From Candidatus Ozemobacteraceae bacterium (GTDB lineage Bacteria; Muiribacteriota; Ozemobacteria; Ozemobacterales; Ozemobacteraceae), in the NCBI GenBank assembly GCA_965140445.1, contig OZ223236.1, positions 3,008,001 through 3,072,000 on the forward strand: a stretch of DNA of 64,000 bases, given 5' to 3'. The translations under genes and the position numbers were made by a program. Below, in pieces: positions 28,937 through 38,116 of the stretch. The stretch's first letter is position 1. Every line of letters begins with the position of its first letter. A model generated the notes under the pieces. That model made no database searches and was not told the DNA's origin. It saw only the letters and a list, made by a program, of their open reading frames with translations.

Positions 28937-30043
28937 TTAAACTAAGTCCGCAGATCCTATGCGATTCTGCGGGCTTTTATTTTTTAGGAGACTTTTGTAG
29001 AGTTGAATGTGCATATAAATTTCTTTGGAGGGGTTATTGCTGGTTTTTACACAGTCATAAGCCCTTTTACCCATGAGCTTGAACCTTTCAGGTTCCTGCA
29101 ATACAGAACGTAATTTAAGAATAAAATCGTCTCCATCATGAATTCGCTTATAACTGGCTGGAGCGGGGGAAGTAAAATATAATAATCCCGTGCCTGAATC
29201 GGGAAAGTTTGACTCGTTTCTTATAAAAGCATGATTGCCTGGTATATCTGAAGCCACAATTGGAAGGCCTGCCATCATTGCGTCCAGTAAAAACGGGTTA
29301 TAGCCTTCTACATGAGAAACATTTACAAAAGCACTTGCTATTTTATAAAGAAAAATAGTCATTTCAGGTTCTGGGCGCTCAAGGATTCTTACCCATGGTC
29401 TGTTAGATATCTCCGAAAATATTTGTTGTTTAGTTTGTTCATCAAAGGGGTCGCCTAAAATACCCAGTCTTATATTTGGAAAGTCTTTAAGGATTTTTTC
29501 AATTTGATGAATTGCAAAAAGCGTGTTTTTTAGCGGTAACAAGCCGCCGTCAATGAGAATTACCTGATCGTCTTGCTCGTAACCAAAATGGCTTTTGGGG
29601 AACTCCATTTCACTAAAGGGCGGCAATACCCCAGGTGTTATCACTTCAAAGGAGGCCGAAGTTTGAAAGCGAGCTTGAATAAACTTTGCCATCTGAGAGA
29701 ATGGTATGATTATTTTTCCTGCATTTTCCAGGACCGCTTGAATTTGAACCTTTAACCCTGGATTTAAAAGATCTATAAATACGTCTGGTCCTACGCAACT
29801 AACTACAAGAGGGAGTCTTGAAGACTCTGCCAATTTTAAACATGGAATTCCGGCTTTAGCCAGATTAAAAGCATGAATGAGCGAGGGGGTTCCTTTTAAA
29901 GCTTCAAAAGGATATGGGTCGTCAGTTGTAAAATCCCTTGTGTGACACGGAACATTTGCAAGAGATTGAATTAATCTTTTGGTTATTATAGTTTCCTCAA
30001 GGTTTGCCTGATCTCCAGATGGAATTCCAAAATAAATATTCAA
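28937..30043 (-). CDS. Glycosyltransferase family 4 (GT-B) protein, divergent
   Basis: FVNVSHVEGY....LDAMMAGLPIVASDIPGN. Confidence 0.8.
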   Translation of the reverse strand: MNIYFGIPSGDQANLEETIITKRLIQSLANVPCHTRDFTTDDPYPFEALKGTPSLIHAFNLAKAGIPCLKLAESSRLPLVVSCVGPDVFIDLLNPGLKVQIQAVLENAGKIIIPFSQMAKFIQARFQTSASFEVITPGVLPPFSEMEFPKSHFGYEQDDQVILIDGGLLPLKNTLFAIHQIEKILKDFPNIRLGILGDPFDEQTKQQIFSEISNRPWVRILERPEPEMTIFLYKIASAFVNVSHVEGYNPFLLDAMMAGLPIVASDIPGNHAFIRNESNFPDSGTGLLYFTSPAPASYKRIHDGDDFILKLRSVLQEPERFKLMGKRAYDCVKTSNNPSKEIYMHIQLYKSLLKNKSPQNRIGSADLV

Positions 30044-30160
30044 AATTTAATCCTGTTTAATGTGGTTTCTTGACTTTGTTATTGGCGAGCTTTATACATA
30101 TTTAAATGATAGCAGTTTATGTTGCAATTGAAAATCCCCGTATATAATGGAAGGAAAAAT

Positions 30161-31495
30161 ATGGAAATCAGTGCTCAGGATTTTATTATCCAAACCCTCG
30201 GAACACCAAATTTTGATTCCCCGCTTAAATTATCAAAAATTGATGGAGATTATTTAACAAACTACGTTCCAGATGATGAAAGGGTTATTTATCATAATTC
30301 CATAAAAAAAATCCAGGAAGAAATTAAAAGCGGTGAAGAACCACTTTCTTTTGAAAAGGCTGGACCAAGAGAAAAAACCTTTTTCGAACCTTGCAGAACC
30401 AGAGCAGCTATTGTTACTTGCGGTGGTCTTTGCCCAGGAATTAACGATGTTATTCGTGGTTTGGTTATGCAACTTCACCATTGGTATGGGGTAAAAAATA
30501 TTTATGGTTTTCGTTATGGCTATCTGGGAATGATTAAGGAAGCAGGATTACAGCCCCTTGTTCTGGATCCTGAAATGGTTACAGATATCCATGAGAAGGG
30601 CGGATCTATACTTGGATCTTCCAGAGGCCCCCAAAACGTAAGTGAAATGGTAGACCGACTTATGGACTATAACATCAATATTCTATTTTGCATTGGTGGC
30701 GATGGAACACTGAGAGGTGCAAAAGAAATCACTGACGAAATAACCAAACGTGGCCTTGCGATTTCTGTTATTGGAATACCAAAAACAATTGATAATGATA
30801 TTGGATACATTGAACAAACTTTCGGCTTTGAAACAGCATTTTCACACGCTGTTGAATCAATTAAAACTGCTCATGTTGAGGCACGCGGATACCAAAATTG
30901 TGTTGGTCTCGTAAAATTAATGGGAAGGCAATCTGGTTATATTGCTGCTAATGCGTCTATTGCCTCTCAAGATGTTAATTTTTGTCTGATTCCAGAAATT
31001 CCGATTGATTTGGAAGGCGAAAATGGTTTTTACAAACATTTGCTGGAAAGAGTTAAAAGGAAAAGTCACGCTGTAGTTGTTGTTGCGGAAGGTGTCGGCG
31101 AAGTTTTCTGCGCAAAAAATGAAAGAGATGAATCGGGCAATAGCAAATTTGGTGATATTGGAATTCATCTTCGAGAGGGAATAAAAAAATACTTTAAGGA
31201 AGCTAATGTTCCAATAGGTGTTAAATATATCGACCCTAGTTACATTATCAGAAGCTCAAATGCCATACCTTCAGACAGCATTTACTGTAATCAGTTGGCT
31301 CAGCATGCGGTTCACGCCGGAATGGCTGGTAAAACCGGTATGGTAGTAGGTATCTGGAACAATAGATTTACTCATGTGCCAATTGAAATGGCAGTTAAGA
31401 ATAGAAAGTTTATTGATCCTGAAAGTATGTTTTGGCTGAACGTTCTTGAATCCACTGGACAACCAAGATGGATGCAGAACAAGCCCAGGGTTTAA
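30161..31495 (+). CDS. pfkA: ATP-dependent 6-phosphofructokinase (group X/long type)
   Basis: TCGGLCPGIN, GSSRG, GGDGT (ATP-type Gly), PKTIDNDI, KLMGR, VAEG, YIDPSYIIRS. Confidence 0.93.
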   Translation: MEISAQDFIIQTLGTPNFDSPLKLSKIDGDYLTNYVPDDERVIYHNSIKKIQEEIKSGEEPLSFEKAGPREKTFFEPCRTRAAIVTCGGLCPGINDVIRGLVMQLHHWYGVKNIYGFRYGYLGMIKEAGLQPLVLDPEMVTDIHEKGGSILGSSRGPQNVSEMVDRLMDYNINILFCIGGDGTLRGAKEITDEITKRGLAISVIGIPKTIDNDIGYIEQTFGFETAFSHAVESIKTAHVEARGYQNCVGLVKLMGRQSGYIAANASIASQDVNFCLIPEIPIDLEGENGFYKHLLERVKRKSHAVVVVAEGVGEVFCAKNERDESGNSKFGDIGIHLREGIKKYFKEANVPIGVKYIDPSYIIRSSNAIPSDSIYCNQLAQHAVHAGMAGKTGMVVGIWNNRFTHVPIEMAVKNRKFIDPESMFWLNVLESTGQPRWMQNKPRV

Positions 31496-31500
31496 AAAAT

Positions 31501-31534
31501 AAAAGGCTATCTGAAACATTCAGATAGCCTTTTT
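31501..31534. terminator. Bidirectional intrinsic terminator between pfkA and suhB
   Basis: Perfect 15-bp inverted repeat AAAAGGCTATCTGAA/TTCAGATAGCCTTTT. Confidence 0.85.
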
Positions 31535-31535
31535 C

Positions 31536-32321
31536 TTATATTTTCAAAAGCTCAATCGCTTTACTATGTAAAATCATATTTGAGGCTAAAAGATCCTCTG
31601 AATCTAATTCCATTTCATCGCCATTAATCTTGGAAATTTTTCCGCCAGCCTCTGTAACAATAAGTCTTCCTGCTGCGACATCCCATGGTTTTAAGTTGGT
31701 TTCCCAATAAATCGAAAATACTCCTTCAGCTATTTTGCACAGATCTAATGCAGCAGATCCAAATCTGCGAACGCCCTGCACGTTCATTAGCATCGCTTTT
31801 AAGCGCTGTAACAACAAATCCATGCATTCTCTACGATTATATGGAAATCCAGTAACTGCAAGGCAGTCATTTAAAACTTCTACTGTATTTACTGATAGTC
31901 TTTCACCATTTCTAAATGAACCTTCACCAAGAGTTGCAGTGTACAATTCTTTTGAAACGGGCTTATAAACAGATCCTGACTTAGAAACTCCCATTTCGCA
32001 ATATGCTACAGAAACACAAAAATTCTCTAAGCCATTTGCATAATTTGTGGTTCCATCAAGAGGATCTACTATCCAGCAGTTTGCGTTTTTCCAATCAATT
32101 GAATGTTGACTTTCCTCTTCACCAAAGAATTCAACTTCTGGGGCAAGCAATGCCAATTCTTCTTTTAAGAGCTTTTCAGAAGCTAAATCCATTTCAGTAA
32201 CCAAATCGACAACACCTTTTCGCTCAATCTTTAAATTAGTTCTGAAGCCCTTCATTAGTAGTTTTCCTGCTTTCTCTGCTGCAGCGGCTGCTATTTCTGT
32301 ATATTTGTTGTATGGCTTCAT
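31536..32321 (-). CDS. suhB: Inositol monophosphatase family protein
   Basis: DLVTEMD, GEE, WIVDPLDGTTNY, RRFGSAALDL, PWDVAAG..EAGG. Confidence 0.92.
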   Translation of the reverse strand: MKPYNKYTEIAAAAAEKAGKLLMKGFRTNLKIERKGVVDLVTEMDLASEKLLKEELALLAPEVEFFGEEESQHSIDWKNANCWIVDPLDGTTNYANGLENFCVSVAYCEMGVSKSGSVYKPVSKELYTATLGEGSFRNGERLSVNTVEVLNDCLAVTGFPYNRRECMDLLLQRLKAMLMNVQGVRRFGSAALDLCKIAEGVFSIYWETNLKPWDVAAGRLIVTEAGGKISKINGDEMELDSEDLLASNMILHSKAIELLKI

Positions 32322-32449
32322 AAAAGGCTCCTAAACATAATTTTGGGAATTATAGCATAACCGAGGTCAGAGGATTTTCTAAACTTATTACAAGGTGGAA
32401 ACTGCCGTCTATTGGTGTTAAAATGCATCAGCTAACAACGGAGTCAGAT

Positions 32450-33277
32450 ATGTATAATCTTAAAAAGATGATTTTGCCCGCGATCATTGCTATGGGAGCC
32501 ATTGCTATAAATTGTTTCCCTGCGAGCTGCCAGGAGTTAAAGCTTCGAAACGATGAAAACATTATTTCTAAGAATGATGCGATTGAAACAGAAATTATTG
32601 AAGAAAATATAAATGAGATTGAGGAAACGGCAATCGAAAACAATGATAAACAGGAAGGAATAGAGGAATCTAAACCAATAGAAGAAATTTCCTTTGAGGA
32701 TGAAGAAGTTTCAGATGAACCTGTCGAAGAAAAGTATGAAAAAGCAGATAGCCTCAGTCCAGTGTTAATTGTTGACGGCGAGCCTGATGATGAACAATCC
32801 AGAGTTGAACAGAAAGCAGAATTGGAAGGTCGTTTAATTGCTGAAAAGCATCCATTGGGGCGAAGAAAAAATCTTTATCGATGGGTGCTTGAGTTAGCTG
32901 ATAAATCCAGAATCCCGTTAAAATCGAATCTTAAACTACTTCAGACTGTTAAAAATGAAGACATGCTCGATGGTTACGTAAAAGTTTCTGGAGTGTGGCT
33001 TAAGTCAGAGTTCAGCTCTCCTTTGAGATTTCTAAGAATTGAAAACATTAGAATGATTGATGAATTAACAGAGGTTAATGAAGAGTCAGAAAATGAAATC
33101 GCTTTGGTAGCTTCTGAAACTGATAATTTAAAGCACGAAGAAGAAAAAAATCAGAAAAGTGCAGAAATTGAGAGTTCCAAAGAAAAATTAACCAATAAAA
33201 TAGACCCTAAAAGTGAAGAAAGCATTAATGCGAGCGATTCTTTTACTGAAAAATTAATTCTTGAAAAGAAAGATTAA
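32450..33277 (+). CDS. Hypothetical exported protein: acidic low-complexity arms around a small beta-rich core
   Basis: GGAG RBS before ATG 32450; signal-like N-terminus; Glu-rich segments. Confidence 0.65.
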   Translation: MYNLKKMILPAIIAMGAIAINCFPASCQELKLRNDENIISKNDAIETEIIEENINEIEETAIENNDKQEGIEESKPIEEISFEDEEVSDEPVEEKYEKADSLSPVLIVDGEPDDEQSRVEQKAELEGRLIAEKHPLGRRKNLYRWVLELADKSRIPLKSNLKLLQTVKNEDMLDGYVKVSGVWLKSEFSSPLRFLRIENIRMIDELTEVNEESENEIALVASETDNLKHEEEKNQKSAEIESSKEKLTNKIDPKSEESINASDSFTEKLILEKKD

Positions 33278-33301
33278 TTTTGCACAGATGCAAAAAGAAT
33301 T

Positions 33302-35122
33302 TTGAAAATTACTGAAAAAATAGAAAAAACTCTTACCCAACTACCTCTTAAACCTGGCGTTTACATTATGAAAAACAGGGTGGGAGAGATTATTTATATT
33401 GGCAAGTCCAGATCCTTAAAAAAAAGGGTAAGGTCTTATTTTGCCAAAGATCACAAAGATGTAAAGACCGGGGTTCTGGTTGCTGCCATTGAGTCCATAG
33501 AATTCATTGTTACCAATAATGAAATAGAAGCGTTGATTCTGGAAAATAATCTGATCAAGAAGCACAAGCCCAGATACAACATAATGCTAAAGGACAGCAA
33601 AACCCATCCATATATTCGTATTACCATGAAAGAACCTTATCCAAGGCTGGAAAAGGTCAGGAAGGTTTCTTTTCGAGATGGAAATCTCTATTTTGGCCCA
33701 TTCCCCAATGAATATGATTTAAATCGCATTGTTGAGCGGCTTTCAAGAAATTTCAAGCTTTGTACTTCTAAAAAGAGATCTATAAAAACAAAAAGTGGGA
33801 TCACCAGACCTTGTTTAAAATACCATCTGGGAGTTTGCCAGGGTGTTTGCCAAAAAAAGGTGTCACCTGAAAATTACAGAGAATCAATTGATGCGGTAAT
33901 AGAAGTTTTATCAGGTAAAAAGAAGCCTGATTTTAAAGAATTAGAAGAGCAGTTAAAAATTCTTATGGAAGAATACCGTTATGAAGAGGCTGCCGAACTC
34001 AGGGATACAATTGCAGCTTTGAAACGATTTTTTGAGATTCAAAAGGTGGAGTTTGTTAAGCCAGTTAACTCAGACTTTTGGGGGATCAGCGAAGCGCCTG
34101 ACAGAGTGGTTTACTCAATTTTTTTTATTCGTTCTGGAAAACTCCTCGGAAATCGTCTGCTTGATGTTGATCGTGAGCCTGGAGCTACTTCTGAGGAACA
34201 ATTTAATACGGTTTTAACTAGATTTTATGATAACAACCTTATTCCATCAAATATATATGCATCAATACTGCCAGATGGGCCGGAGGTTCTGGAAGCTACT
34301 TTTAAGCTGAAAGCAGAAAAGAATATTTCCTTTAAAGTCCCTCAAAAAGGAGATTACAAAAGACTTTTGCAGATGGCAGATACTAATGCCCTGGAAATAA
34401 TGAAAAATCTTAAAGCTCAGGGAAATGAAAGGGTGGATGAAGCAGTTCTTGACCTCGAAAAAGAGTTAGAATTGTCGCAAACTCCCTATAGAATCGAGTG
34501 CGTTGATATTTCCCATATTCAAGGAACGGACCCGGTGGCATCATTAGTTGTTTTTGAGAATGGTGCTCCCAAAAAAGGAGAATATCGCCTCTTTCATATA
34601 AAAGAAGCCCATGGTGGGGATGATCCAGCATCAATAGCAGAAGTCACAAGGAGACGTTTTACCAGAGTTTTAAATGAAGGAAGTCGTATTTGTGATTTGT
34701 ATATAGTAGATGGAGGCATTACTCAGGTTCGGGCTGCTGTCAGGGAACTGGAAAAGCTGGGATTAGATGTGCCCATTCTTGGTCTGGCAAAACGAGAAGA
34801 AACTTTAGTTTATCCAGATGGTAAAGAAGTAAACCTTCCTTTCTCCAGTAAAGGAATGCGGATGATTATTAAATTAAGGAATGAGGCTCACAGGTTTGCT
34901 AATTCTTTCCAAAAGAAAACTCATTCTAAGACCATCATTAGATCAGCATTATTAAAATTACCAGGTGTTGGTCCAGCGACCTTGAAAAAAATTATCTGGA
35001 AATATGGTTCAGTTGATGAAATTATAGATATGGAACCAGCAAAGTTAGGCAAGGAAACAGGAATTCCAGTTAAAACTGCAGAGTTAATCTTAAGATCACT
35101 GAAAGCAGGAAGAAGTAAATGA
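33302..35122 (+). CDS. uvrC: Excinuclease ABC subunit C
   Basis: GIY-YIG (PGVY..IYIGKS), LENNLIKKHKPRYNI, EEAAELRD, RIECVDISH, VDGG..Q, RNEAHRFA, HhH LPGVG. Confidence 0.96.
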   Translation: MKITEKIEKTLTQLPLKPGVYIMKNRVGEIIYIGKSRSLKKRVRSYFAKDHKDVKTGVLVAAIESIEFIVTNNEIEALILENNLIKKHKPRYNIMLKDSKTHPYIRITMKEPYPRLEKVRKVSFRDGNLYFGPFPNEYDLNRIVERLSRNFKLCTSKKRSIKTKSGITRPCLKYHLGVCQGVCQKKVSPENYRESIDAVIEVLSGKKKPDFKELEEQLKILMEEYRYEEAAELRDTIAALKRFFEIQKVEFVKPVNSDFWGISEAPDRVVYSIFFIRSGKLLGNRLLDVDREPGATSEEQFNTVLTRFYDNNLIPSNIYASILPDGPEVLEATFKLKAEKNISFKVPQKGDYKRLLQMADTNALEIMKNLKAQGNERVDEAVLDLEKELELSQTPYRIECVDISHIQGTDPVASLVVFENGAPKKGEYRLFHIKEAHGGDDPASIAEVTRRRFTRVLNEGSRICDLYIVDGGITQVRAAVRELEKLGLDVPILGLAKREETLVYPDGKEVNLPFSSKGMRMIIKLRNEAHRFANSFQKKTHSKTIIRSALLKLPGVGPATLKKIIWKYGSVDEIIDMEPAKLGKETGIPVKTAELILRSLKAGRSK

Positions 35123-35922
35123 AACAATTAGTTTATCGAAGATCGGTAGGGATTTTTTTATGTTTGGTATTCCTGTCCATTTTCTCTAATTCTCTTTTTG
35201 CTGGTGAGATCATGAAAGAGAAGCTTGAGAGAGCTTTCTTTGCTGCTTTTTCTGATCAGGAACAATTTAAATCAAGTCAGGTTTTTCAATTGCTGGAATA
35301 TAAACAATCCGAGATTGACTCGCTTGGCAACGTTACTCCAAGGCCTGCTTCAATAACAGTCGAGTTTGAGATGGATGAGGTTCCTGGGTTCTTCAAAACT
35401 ATTAGAGTCCTTTGCAGGGAAATTAAGTATTATAAATTGACTATTTCATCAGCGGTGTTCGAGTTTCCAAATTGTAAATTAAACATGGATGAATTAGAAC
35501 AAGGAAAGGTCAGATTTGAGAAATTACCAAATCTAAAAATTGAGACTAATGTTTCGGAACAAGACATTCTCAAGGTCTTTGATTTGTATGCCAGGTCCAG
35601 AAATTTACAAGATTTAAAATTGAGTCTTGATAAAAAAAGAATTACTCTTAGAGGTTATTATAAAAAAGGGTTTTTAACAGTTTATTTTAAGGTTTTTGGG
35701 AAAACCCGCCTGGTGTCTCCAAAGGTAATAGATTTTAGATGCAATAGATTGACCTTGAATGGAATTCCCATCCCAAGGAGCAGTATTGGAAGTATTTTCT
35801 CTAAGATAAACCCTGTTTTCGACGCAACAAAGACCTGGTTAAATCTTAGCATTGATAAAGTTGTCGTGGGAAATGGCCTGGTTAAAAGCTTTAGCCGAAT
35901 AGACACGAGAAAAAACAATTAA
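35119..35922 (+). CDS. Hypothetical exported protein, possibly DUF2993/LmeA-like lipid-binding fold
   Basis: Signal peptide; VSEQDI and INPVFD..WLNLSI patterns resemble DUF2993. Confidence 0.5.
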   Translation: MKQLVYRRSVGIFLCLVFLSIFSNSLFAGEIMKEKLERAFFAAFSDQEQFKSSQVFQLLEYKQSEIDSLGNVTPRPASITVEFEMDEVPGFFKTIRVLCREIKYYKLTISSAVFEFPNCKLNMDELEQGKVRFEKLPNLKIETNVSEQDILKVFDLYARSRNLQDLKLSLDKKRITLRGYYKKGFLTVYFKVFGKTRLVSPKVIDFRCNRLTLNGIPIPRSSIGSIFSKINPVFDATKTWLNLSIDKVVVGNGLVKSFSRIDTRKNN

Positions 35923-35928
35923 TATAAG

Positions 35929-36651
35929 GTGAGAAACATGCCAACAAAACGTAGAATTCACCGAATAGCAAAAGTTATTCATCATCGGCAGTCCGACCTG
36001 ATTATCGCGTTAGACGGGGTACATGATCCGCATAATATTTCTGCAGTAATTAGAACTGCTGACGCAACAGGCGTTGGACGTGTCGTATGGGAGCCTGATT
36101 TAGCTACTAACAACAAGTTAAACCCTGAAGTCTCATTAGGTACAGAGCGTTGGGTCGATGTTAAAAAGGTTTCATGCATCAAAGATGAGCTTATGGAGTT
36201 TAAAAAACAAGGCTATTCAATTGCTGCAACTCATATGGGAAAAAAAGCGGTTGATTTTAGAACTATAGACTGGACCAAACCCTGGGTTGTGATCATGGGA
36301 AATGAGCAACGTGGTTGTCGGGATGAAACCGTTGAATGTGCCGACGAGAATATTTTTCTCCCGATGTTTGGTTTTGTACAGAGTTTAAATATCTCAGTTG
36401 CAACTGCTGTAATCTTATACGAAATCCAAAGGCAAAGAGAAAACGCCGGAATGTACAATAAACAAGCTTCGCCAGAAACTGTTGAGGCTTTGTACAATCG
36501 CTGGAAATTGGAAAAAGAATATTTCGAAGTTAAAGACTTATTGGAAAAACCCGTTGGCGACCTTCCAGATGCAGAGTTTCCACATTCTGACGGCAGAGCA
36601 AAAAGGTTTATTCCAAAGAAAAATAAGGCTGAAGAAGAAGAAAATAATTAA
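35929..36651 (+). CDS. trmH: tRNA (guanosine-2'-O)-methyltransferase, SpoU family
   Basis: VHDPHNISAVIRTADA, MGNEQRG, PMFGFVQSLNISVA, EIQRQR. Confidence 0.88.
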   Translation: MRNMPTKRRIHRIAKVIHHRQSDLIIALDGVHDPHNISAVIRTADATGVGRVVWEPDLATNNKLNPEVSLGTERWVDVKKVSCIKDELMEFKKQGYSIAATHMGKKAVDFRTIDWTKPWVVIMGNEQRGCRDETVECADENIFLPMFGFVQSLNISVATAVILYEIQRQRENAGMYNKQASPETVEALYNRWKLEKEYFEVKDLLEKPVGDLPDAEFPHSDGRAKRFIPKKNKAEEEENN

Positions 36652-36737
36652 AAATACCGAAATTTTCGTTAAGAAATTATAAATCCCTTCCGACAAAACA
36701 GTACAACAAAATAAAAAGACCGAAATGGAGTTGGTCA

Positions 36738-37265
36738 ATGAAGAACTTCTTGAACGGATTAAGGGATTGGTTTAAAGATTTCGTAAAAGCATTTATTTTC
36801 TTTCTGTTTCTACAAACCTATGTTGTACAGGGGTTTGTTATTGAGGGAGCCTGCATGGAGCCGGAGCTTCACTCTAAGGAAAAGATAATAGTTAACAAAC
36901 TATTGTATTTTGTCGAGGAGCCGAAGGTTGGTGAAGTTGTTGTGTTCTCATATCCACTGGAGCCCAAAAAAGACTTTATCAAGAGAGTCGTTGGGGTTAC
37001 AGGCGATACCATTGAGGTTAAAGATGGCTATTTGTACAGAAATAGTAAAAAGCTCAATGAAAATTTTGTTAAGGAATATGTTTTTGGCTCTTACGGACCG
37101 ATAAAAATCCCGCCTGGAAAAGTTTGTGTTATGGGCGATAATAGGAATAATTCACATGATTCGCGTGCATGGGGACTATTAGATAAGTCGCTTATCAAAG
37201 GCCGGGCTGAACTAAAATTCTGGCCCTTTAGCGATGCTGGATCAATAAAAGTCCTTGTGGATTAA
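36738..37265 (+). CDS. lepB: Signal peptidase I (S26) with Cys at the nucleophile position
   Basis: One TM; box B GACMEPEL, box C GEVVVF, box D DFIKRVVG, box E MGDNRNNSHDSR. Confidence 0.9.
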   Translation: MKNFLNGLRDWFKDFVKAFIFFLFLQTYVVQGFVIEGACMEPELHSKEKIIVNKLLYFVEEPKVGEVVVFSYPLEPKKDFIKRVVGVTGDTIEVKDGYLYRNSKKLNENFVKEYVFGSYGPIKIPPGKVCVMGDNRNNSHDSRAWGLLDKSLIKGRAELKFWPFSDAGSIKVLVD

Positions 37266-37271
37266 AGGTGG

Positions 37272-37299
37272 TTGACAGTTAGGGTGTTCCTATTATATT
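37272..37299 (+). promoter_or_regulatory. Putative sigma-70 promoter
   Basis: TTGACA-16 nt-TATATT ahead of an AGGAG RBS and TTG start. Confidence 0.4.
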
Positions 37300-37319
37300 C
37301 ACACTGTTAGGAGAAATTT

Positions 37320-37973
37320 TTGACTACGCAATTTAAAAAAGGGTCATTTAGCTGTCCAGCTTGCTCAAAAGAATTTGAGTGTCTGGTCGTTAAATCTGTA
37401 ACCCATCAAGGGCAAGATTCGGATTTTTTCCCTCATTATCTGGGAGAGAATCCTTTACCATTCTTTTTGGTACAATGCCCTAAGTGCTCCTATTGCGGGT
37501 ATCCAGAAGATTACCTTCCATCTGTTGCTGCTGAACGCAAATTGGAAGAATCACTTATTAAAGGCATTGTTAATCAACCGCTTGCTAAAAAATTACCTCC
37601 AGATGCTCTTAAATTTTATGTAGCTGGTAAAATCTATGAAGCCAGCAGGAGAAACCCTTATCATATAGGTAACTTATTTTTAAGAGGATCGTGGTGTTGC
37701 AGGCTTAAGGAAAACAGGAAAGCCGAAATAGAGCTTCAACAATTAGCTGTTAAGTTTTTAAGAACCTCAGTTGAGAAGTCTACGATTTTAAATCCGGATA
37801 ATTTGCCAATTGTTACTTATCTCGTTGGTGAGCTATATAGGCGTCTTGAAGATAAGAAGCTGGCCAGAGAATGGTTTGGTTCAGTTGAAGAAGTTCTGAT
37901 TGATTCAGAGCAGCAATGGGTGCTAGATCTAACTCAAAAACAGGCTGAACTAAACGAACACTTAATTAATTAG
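37320..37973 (+). CDS. DUF2225-like protein (Zn ribbon + TPR-like helices)
   Basis: CPAC...QDSDF.PHY..NP....CPKCSY; LRGSWCCR; YLVGELYRRL. Confidence 0.75.
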   Translation: MTTQFKKGSFSCPACSKEFECLVVKSVTHQGQDSDFFPHYLGENPLPFFLVQCPKCSYCGYPEDYLPSVAAERKLEESLIKGIVNQPLAKKLPPDALKFYVAGKIYEASRRNPYHIGNLFLRGSWCCRLKENRKAEIELQQLAVKFLRTSVEKSTILNPDNLPIVTYLVGELYRRLEDKKLAREWFGSVEEVLIDSEQQWVLDLTQKQAELNEHLIN

Positions 37974-38116
37974 CTTCAATTGAAAGGGCTCGATGGTATA
38001 GGGTTGTTCTTATTATAATAATCCTGAATTGCAGCATATAGAAGTTGTGGAAATTGAAAAAATTTCATAGACTAATCTAGAGTTGCATTTCGGGATTTTT
38101 TACATTTAGGGGATTT

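Noticed and set aside
32412..32427. Possible third sigma-54 promoter TTGGTGTTAAAATGCA
   Set aside because: GG-to-GC spacing is 9 nt rather than the strict 10
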